A DNA stretch of 63,968 nt, counting the filler, from Actinomycetota bacterium (GTDB taxonomy: Bacteria; Actinomycetota; Acidimicrobiia; IMCC26256; VFJJ01): assembly GCA_009886115.1 (NCBI GenBank). It is 4 parts of 4 records of this genome, joined end to end, with 100 filler letters (N's around TTAATTAATTAA, not from the genome) between each part and the next. Parts side by side here need not be neighbours in the genome. Positions count along the whole stretch, not along the records: positions 41,644 to 61,392 come from VFJJ01000058.1; positions 61,493 to 63,968 come from VFJJ01000198.1; 2 more parts are not named here. The stretch is one strand, 5' to 3'. Below are positions 57,994 through 63,968 of this stretch, piece after piece (position 1 is the stretch's first letter; each line of letters begins with the position of its first letter). The notes under the pieces are model-generated. The model saw only the letters and a list, made by a program, of their open reading frames with translations. It did no database searches and was not told where the DNA came from. The translations under genes and the position numbers were made by a program.

Positions 57994-59915
57994 AAAAGAG
58001 CACGCCGCCTGCTGTGCAGGTGGCATCGAACGGCGTCCGGCATTCGAACCCGTGGGCGCATGACAATCTGGTGAATGCGGCGCAAACGATGGATGCGATC
58101 ACCGCGGGTGAGGTGGATGCGTTCGTGGTCTCGAAGGATCCGTCGTCAGCGCGTGTGCTGACGCTGTCTGATGCCGACAGGCCTTACCGGATGTTCGTGG
58201 AGAACATGCGCGAAGGCGCGGCAACGGTCTCAAGTGATGGCTTCATCTTGTACGCGAACTGGCGCTTGGCCGAGCTCGCATCGCGGACGCGGGAGTCACT
58301 GATCGGATCGTCTCTCACCGGTCTCGTCGCGGGCGGGGCAGCGGTTGAAGAACAGCTTCTATGGCTCGGATCCGGTAGTGGCGGCAGCACCTTCGAGATC
58401 GATCTCGTTGCGGGCAACGGGGTGTCGGTGCCCGTTCTCATTGGGGTGTCGAAGCTCGAACTCGATGGTGACGTACTAACGTGTCTCACGTTCACGGATC
58501 TGAGCGCGCAGAAGGCGCAAGACCGTATAATCGCGCGCCTGAGCCATTCTCAAGGCGAGCAGCTCGTTGAATTGCAAGATGCCCAGGCGTCGTTGACCAG
58601 GCAGGCAACGCACGATGGCCTTACCGGGCTTGCCAACCGAGCGCTGCTGATCGACCGCATCAACCAGTCGCTCTGGCAGGCGCAACGTTCCGAGCACCTT
58701 ACAGCCGTGATCTACGTCGACCTCGACTGCTTCAAAGAAGTGAACGATTCGCATGGGCACGCGGCAGGCGACCAGGTGCTGCGGTGGGTCGCCGGACGAC
58801 TCACGGCGCTGGTGCGTCCGATGGACACGGTCGCCCGCCTGGGCGGCGACGAGTTCGCGATCCTCCTTCCGGACATCGACAGCCGAGTCCACGCGGTTGA
58901 CATCGGACTCCGCATCGTCGCCGAGCTGCGACGTTCCCGGGAGCCGCTCGTGGGCGGCGAGCGCATCTCGGCAAGTGTTGGAGTGGCGGTCTCGGTGAGC
59001 GGAGGTGGGTCTGCCGAGACGCTGCTGCACGAGGCTGACACCGCGATGTATAAGGCGAAGACGCATGGCGGAGACCGAGCCGAAGCGTTCGATGCCGATC
59101 TCGGACGAGAGGTTGAGGCGCGAACCGCCGCCCGCCACGCGCTACAATCAGCGCTGGCCGAGGGTCGCATCGGTCTCCGCTTCCAGCCGATCATCGACCT
59201 CACCGATCTCCATCTCGCAGGCTTCGAGGCGTTGGTTCGAATCGAGGCACTCGATGGAGAGGTGGTGCTGCCATCGGCGTTCATCTCCGTCGCCGAAGAC
59301 TCTGGCCTCATCATACCGCTAGGCACCGAGGTCCTCCGCTTGGCGTGTAGACAGGCTAGCTCGTGGCGATCCGTGGAAGGTGGCCCGCGCCTCACGGTGG
59401 CCATCAACCTTTCGGCTCGTCAGTTCGAGCCAGGCGATCTCGTTTCGCTCGTGCAGCACGAGATCGACGACAACGGTGTCGATCCAACGTGCGTGCACTT
59501 CGAGTTGACCGAGACCGCGATCATCAACCTTCGGCCCGACGTCATCGAGCAGCTCGGACGGCTCCGCGAGTACGGGGTGGAGCTTGGTCTCGACGACTTC
59601 GGCACCGGTTACGCATCGCTCACCCATCTGCGCCGCCTTCCCGTCACTTTCGTCAAGATCGACCGGTCCTTTGTGCAGGGCCTGGGATGCAACCGCGAGG
59701 ACGATCGCATCGTCGCCTCGATGGTGGACCTCGCCTTCAGCCTCGGTCTCCGCTCAATCGGCGAAGGCGTCGAGACGATCCCGCAACTCGAGCGTCTCCG
59801 TGAGTTCGGCTGTGATCAGGCCCAGGGCTACCTCTTCGCGCAACCCCTCGCAGCGAGGGACGTGTCAGCCGCCATCAATCGAACCGACTGGAGGGACTGT
59901 TGGAATTCCGGTTAG
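57990..59915 (+). CDS. PAS-GGDEF-EAL diguanylate cyclase/phosphodiesterase
   Basis: AITAGEVDA leader, PAS domain, HDGLTGLANR, RLGGDEF, FEALVR and DDFGTGY motifs; ATGA overlap with kaiB. Confidence 0.93.
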   Translation: MKKSTPPAVQVASNGVRHSNPWAHDNLVNAAQTMDAITAGEVDAFVVSKDPSSARVLTLSDADRPYRMFVENMREGAATVSSDGFILYANWRLAELASRTRESLIGSSLTGLVAGGAAVEEQLLWLGSGSGGSTFEIDLVAGNGVSVPVLIGVSKLELDGDVLTCLTFTDLSAQKAQDRIIARLSHSQGEQLVELQDAQASLTRQATHDGLTGLANRALLIDRINQSLWQAQRSEHLTAVIYVDLDCFKEVNDSHGHAAGDQVLRWVAGRLTALVRPMDTVARLGGDEFAILLPDIDSRVHAVDIGLRIVAELRRSREPLVGGERISASVGVAVSVSGGGSAETLLHEADTAMYKAKTHGGDRAEAFDADLGREVEARTAARHALQSALAEGRIGLRFQPIIDLTDLHLAGFEALVRIEALDGEVVLPSAFISVAEDSGLIIPLGTEVLRLACRQASSWRSVEGGPRLTVAINLSARQFEPGDLVSLVQHEIDDNGVDPTCVHFELTETAIINLRPDVIEQLGRLREYGVELGLDDFGTGYASLTHLRRLPVTFVKIDRSFVQGLGCNREDDRIVASMVDLAFSLGLRSIGEGVETIPQLERLREFGCDQAQGYLFAQPLAARDVSAAINRTDWRDCWNSG

Positions 59916-61218
59916 GGCTCGCGAGGGAACTATCCGCGAGTTTGGTTGATGGCTGAGGTACCCTGTCGGGGTGGAGCTGAGCGAAGCTGGTCTGGAGCGG
60001 TTCGTCTCGTTCATGTTCCCGTTGTTGGATGAGCGTCAGCGTCGGTTGATGGCGGGCGCGTTGTCGCGTGTGTTGGGTCGGGGCGGTCAGCGAGCGGTTG
60101 TCGAGGCGTCGAAGATGAGTTCGCGGACGGTGTTGGATGGTGCGAAGGAGTTCGATGCGGGCGCGGGTTGGTCGGAGCGGGTACGTCGGGAGGGTGGTGG
60201 TCGTCCTCGGTTGATCGACGTGGATCCTGACCTGTTGACGGATCTGGATGATCTGGTCGAGCCGGGGTCGCGGGGCGATCCGATGTCGCCGTTGCGGTGG
60301 ACGTTGAAATCGACGCGTCAACTGGCCGGTGCGCTCAAAGACATGGGCCATCAGGTGTCGTCGTGGACGGTCGGGCAGTTGCTGCACGGGATGGGTTATT
60401 CGTTGCAGGCGACGTCGAAGACGGTTGAGGGGGCTCAGCATCCGGACCGGAACGCCCAGTTCGAGTACATCAACCGGTTGGCTGGTGAGTATCTCGCGGC
60501 GGGTGAACCGGTGATCAGTGTGGACTGTAAGAAGAAGGAGTTGGTCAACGGGCGTAAGGCCAACGGGGGTCGGGAGTGGCAACCTGAGGGTGAGCCGGAA
60601 CGGGTCGATGTGCATGACTTCCCCGACCCGGAGATTCCCAAGGCCATCCCGTACGGCGTGTTCGATGTCGGCGCGAACGAGGGTTGGGTATCGGTCGGTG
60701 ATCATCACGACACGGGGGCTTTCGCGGTGAACACGATCCGATGTTGGTGGCAGACCATGGGCCGAGCCCGTTATCCGAACGCCACCCGGTTGCTGATCAC
60801 CGCCGACTCCGGTGGTTCGAACAGTTCCCGGAACCGTCTCTGGAAACTGGAACTGGCCCGCCTGGCCGCAGAGACCGGCTTGACGATCAACGTCTGCCAC
60901 TATCCGCCTGGCACGTCGAAGTGGAACAAGATTGAACATCGGATGTTCAGTTTCATCACCATGAACTGGCGAGGTACGCCGCTGACCTCGTACCGCATCA
61001 TCGTTGAACTCGTCGCGGGCACGACCACCGCGACCGGGCTTCGTATCCTCGCCGAGCGGGACGAGGGCTCGTACCCGATCGGTGTCGAAGTCACCGACCA
61101 ACAACTGGCGACGGTGCCACTTACCGGCCACGCCTGGCACCCCGACTGGAACTACGAGATCGCCGCCAAACCCTCGCCAGGACCCGAAACTACACGCAAG
61201 TAGTTCCCTCGCGACCCC
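59915..61218 (+). mobile_element. ISAzo13-family insertion sequence
   Basis: Terminal IRs GGGCTCGCGAGGGAACTA / TAGTTCCCTCGCGACCCC (one mismatch), flanked by TA on both sides. Confidence 0.88.
59971..61203 (+). CDS. ISAzo13-family DDE transposase
   Basis: RGDPMSPLRWT, VISVDCKKKE, ITADSGGSN and PPGTSKWNKIEHR motifs. Confidence 0.95.
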   Translation: MELSEAGLERFVSFMFPLLDERQRRLMAGALSRVLGRGGQRAVVEASKMSSRTVLDGAKEFDAGAGWSERVRREGGGRPRLIDVDPDLLTDLDDLVEPGSRGDPMSPLRWTLKSTRQLAGALKDMGHQVSSWTVGQLLHGMGYSLQATSKTVEGAQHPDRNAQFEYINRLAGEYLAAGEPVISVDCKKKELVNGRKANGGREWQPEGEPERVDVHDFPDPEIPKAIPYGVFDVGANEGWVSVGDHHDTGAFAVNTIRCWWQTMGRARYPNATRLLITADSGGSNSSRNRLWKLELARLAAETGLTINVCHYPPGTSKWNKIEHRMFSFITMNWRGTPLTSYRIIVELVAGTTTATGLRILAERDEGSYPIGVEVTDQQLATVPLTGHAWHPDWNYEIAAKPSPGPETTRK

Positions 61219-61392
61219 TAACGGCTGGAAGCCAGGTGGTGAAATGCCAGCGGTGCAGTCAGCGTTGAGTCTCGCTGGAGCTGCAGACCGGCTGATCGAT
61301 ACTTCCGACCAGTCTCAGTTGGAGCTGATGTCTTGGTTAGATTCTAGGCGCATGAGCGTCTGGGCACTCCCGGAGGGGTGACGGCTTCGTTA

Positions 61393-61492
61393 NNNNNNNN
61401 NNNNNNNNNNNNNNNNNNNNNNNNNNNNNNNNNNNNTTAATTAATTAANNNNNNNNNNNNNNNNNNNNNNNNNNNNNNNNNNNNNNNNNNNN
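61393..61492. other. Artificial contig linker
   Basis: N runs flanking TTAATTAATTAA. Confidence 0.97.
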
Positions 61493-61539
61493 CGCTCCTC
61501 TCCGGCCGGGCTCCGGGCCGGGAGCTAGCGTCCGCGACC

Positions 61540-61998
61540 GTGACCGCTCCCACGCCCGCTGCGTCGCCCGAACCCCAAGTGTCGCCCGCACCTCGCATGT
61601 CGCCAGCACCCCGCATGACGCCAGCGCTCGACGACGACAACCGCGAGTTCTGGACGAGTGGCGCCTCGGGCGAGTTGCGCCTACCGCAGTGCCCGGCCTG
61701 CGACCGTTGGGTCTTCCCGCCGACGCTCGTGTGCCCCACCTGCGCCGGTCCCACGGTGTATCGGGCGGTGAGCGGACGCGGCGTCGTCTACACGTTCACG
61801 ATCAACCGTCACCAGTACCATCCCGATGTCGCGCCCCCGTACGCCATCGCCATCGTGGAGCTCGTCGAACAGGCCGGGCTGCGCTTCACGACCAACCTCG
61901 TGAATTGCGACCTCGACACCATCACCATCGGCCAGTCCGTACGGGTCGTCTTCGAGCACCACGGCGACGTGTTCGTACCCGTGTTCGAGCCCGCCTGA
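61540..61998 (+). CDS. DUF35 Zn-ribbon/OB-fold protein
   Basis: FW...G.L...C..C...FPP...C..C, SGRGVVYTFT and PY.IAIVEL.E motifs; start uncertain. Confidence 0.88.
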   Translation: MTAPTPAASPEPQVSPAPRMSPAPRMTPALDDDNREFWTSGASGELRLPQCPACDRWVFPPTLVCPTCAGPTVYRAVSGRGVVYTFTINRHQYHPDVAPPYAIAIVELVEQAGLRFTTNLVNCDLDTITIGQSVRVVFEHHGDVFVPVFEPA

Positions 61999-62048
61999 GG
62001 ACAGCCGCTTCGAGCCCGGCCCCTCCTCGAGAGCGGCTGACGAGCGGG

Positions 62049-62430
62049 TTACGACACCGGTGGGGACTCGAGCTGGGGGAAGGCGCCCTGGAAGGCCGCC
62101 GCGGCCCGGAAGATGCGGGCCTCGGAGCCGGGAGGACCGCAGATCTGCAGGCCCACGGGAAGCCCGTCGACGAGCCCGCACGGCACCGAGACGGCCGGAA
62201 ATCCGAGCCAGTTCTGCAGATGCGTGTGGCTGGTGTAGGTGCCCGGTCCGAAGACACCGTGGGCGAAGGCGTCCTTGCCCGTCGTCCAGGCTCGGTCCCA
62301 GTTCTCGACAGTCCAGGCGACGAGCTGAGACGTGGGCGTGAGCAGCAGGTCATGCTCACGGAGGACGCGTCCGAAGGCCTCCCCGTTGCGCCGGCGCACG
62401 TCGAGCGACGCCGTCCAGTCGGCCGCCGAA
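62049..62430 (-). pseudogene. Amidase C-terminal fragment
   Basis: DLLLTPT..N.LGFPAVSVPCG.VDGLPVGLQI.G; the catalytic N-terminal part is missing. Confidence 0.7.
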
Positions 62431-63022
62431 GGGGTTGCCACTGCCGCCCGGCACCATGGCGTCGACAACATCGGTCAGGCGATCGCCCAACAGGCGCTGC
62501 ACATTGAACATGGCCGAGAAGTTGCCTGCGCCGCCCTTGATGAGGCGGAAGTTCCCGTGATCGTCGACGTGAGCGTCGCCCATGAACGGCATGGCCGCGT
62601 CCTACACTCCAGGTGCGTACTGGAGGCACAGCGGCGACCGTCGAACTCCCCCGCTGCCGCCCCACACGTACGAGTGATGCGGCGGTTCGTCGTAGATCTG
62701 GGCGGCGACGAACTTCGAGAACCGGGCCGTCTCGGCCGCAGCTCGCCATCCGTAGATCGTGGGGTCCTCACCGGCCTTGGGGTCGAAGACATCGCCCTTG
62801 TGGCCCATGTTCGACTCGACCATGTACCCGCCCAGACGGACGATCAGGTCGAGGCCGCCGACCTCCGTGGAGGCGCCGGTGCGGCGTCGGGGTCTCGCGC
62901 CACTCGTCGCCGTCGATGAGCGGGGCACCGAAGAAGCTGTCGGTGACCGGATATCCCGCCACCTCGATGGTCGACGGGCCCAACGCCACGGCCGCGACCG
63001 AGCTCCCGTCCCCGGCGGTCAT
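62431..63022 (-). pseudogene. Fragmented tannase/feruloyl-esterase-like hydrolase
   Basis: Pieces with a frame change and internal stop: TDSFFGAPLID.DEWR; GGYMVESNMGH..WRAAAE.ARFSK..YVWGGSGG; SAMFNVQRLL. Confidence 0.45.
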
Positions 63023-63214
63023 CGGCTCGACCCAGCGCTGCCAATGCTGCCAACCAGGTTGGCGAGGTCGTCGGCGAAGACCTGCTCGATGAGCGCGCCG
63101 TCGACGGGCTCGGCAGGACGGGTGAACGCGGCGTGCTTGTGGAAGAGGCGGCGCCGTTCTGGCGAGTCCGGCGATCGGAGGAATCGCCGGTGGCCCCGGA
63201 GAGCGGTCAGCCGG

Positions 63215-63967
63215 TCAGCTGATCAGCGAACGGCGGAGCACCTTGCCGGCCGAGTTGCGGGGCAACTCGTCGATGATCTCGACGACCGACGGGACCTTGA
63301 AGTGGGCGATGCGCTCGCGGGCGTGCGCTTGGAGCTCAGCCAGCGACGGGGGGTTCGCGGCGTCGACGGGAACCACGACGGCCTTCACGATCTCGCCCCA
63401 ACGCCGGTCGTGGACCCCGACGACCGCCACGGCGAGCACCGACGAGTGCGACGACAACGCCTGCTCGACCTCGACCGGGTAGATGTTCTCGCCCCCCCGG
63501 ACGATGCGATCGTTCACCCGGCCCCGCAGGCGCACGAAGCCCTCGGCGTCGATCCATCCGAGATCGCCCGTCCGCCGCCATCCGTCGGCGTCGGTCACGA
63601 ACGTGTGGGGCCCGCGCACCGCGAGCTCGCCGACCCCGTCGGCATCGGGATGCTCGGCCCGCACCTCGACACCCCGTACCGGGCGACCGACCGACGTCAA
63701 GAGGTCGGGGCGATGGTTCGCCGCCAGGAGGTGGTCGTCGTGCGAGAGGACGGTGATCGGGCTCACCTCGGTCTGGCCGAAGATCTGCACGAACCGGGTC
63801 TCGGTCAGCGTTCGCAGGGCGGCGGTGAGCGTTGCCGGGTCGATGGGCGCTGCGCCGTACTGCAGCACCCGGGGTCGGGCGTCGCCCAGCGCTCCCTCCG
63901 CCAGCAGCATGTCGATCATGGTGGGCACGAGCAACGTGTGCGTGACGCCGAGACGGCCGCCTTCACG
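63215..63967 (-). CDS. Acyl-CoA synthetase / AMP-binding enzyme (5' truncated by window end)
   Basis: YGAAP, FGQTE, TGDLG, RGGENIYP.EVE and LPRN..GKV motifs. Confidence 0.9.
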   Translation of the reverse strand, partial: REGGRLGVTHTLLVPTMIDMLLAEGALGDARPRVLQYGAAPIDPATLTAALRTLTETRFVQIFGQTEVSPITVLSHDDHLLAANHRPDLLTSVGRPVRGVEVRAEHPDADGVGELAVRGPHTFVTDADGWRRTGDLGWIDAEGFVRLRGRVNDRIVRGGENIYPVEVEQALSSHSSVLAVAVVGVHDRRWGEIVKAVVVPVDAANPPSLAELQAHARERIAHFKVPSVVEIIDELPRNSAGKVLRRSLIS

Positions 63968-63968
63968 C

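Overview
High-GC actinobacterial DNA, probably Acidimicrobiia (inferred from gene order and protein style). It is four unlinked contigs joined by N-TTAATTAATTAA-N linkers: 1-24921, 25022-41543, 41644-61392 and 61493-63968. Contig 1 carries an AAA+/DUF4143 ATPase, a thioesterase, tldD-pmbA, a HAD phosphatase and a stand-alone type I PKS with the order KS-AT-KR-DH-ACP-TE. It continues with the conserved actinobacterial SAF-MTAP-FmdB(CIRCE)/plsY-galU-moeA(glp)-moaA-moaC-glpR-like-tRNA-Ala locus, then an integrase/excisionase/MobF-relaxase element. Contig 2 carries a catabolic cluster and a ~3.6 kb att-flanked mini-island at tRNA-Arg(CCG) encoding an integrase and a DUF3800-like protein followed by a predicted structured RNA, then gmd, vanZ-like, argS-lysA-hom. 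Contig 3 carries a peptide ABC operon, a BNR-repeat protein and tRNA-Leu(GAG). After the tRNA come integrase-less cassettes delimited by repeated tRNA-Leu 3' ends, each holding a toxin-antitoxin pair, then a kaiC-kaiB-PAS/GGDEF/EAL operon and an ISAzo13 element. Contig 4 has a DUF35 protein, pseudogene debris and a partial acyl-CoA synthetase. Best candidates for undescribed systems are the DUF3800-like protein plus RNA module, the tRNA-Leu cassette array and the KaiBC-coupled c-di-GMP enzyme. All calls come from reading motifs by eye; no searches were run.
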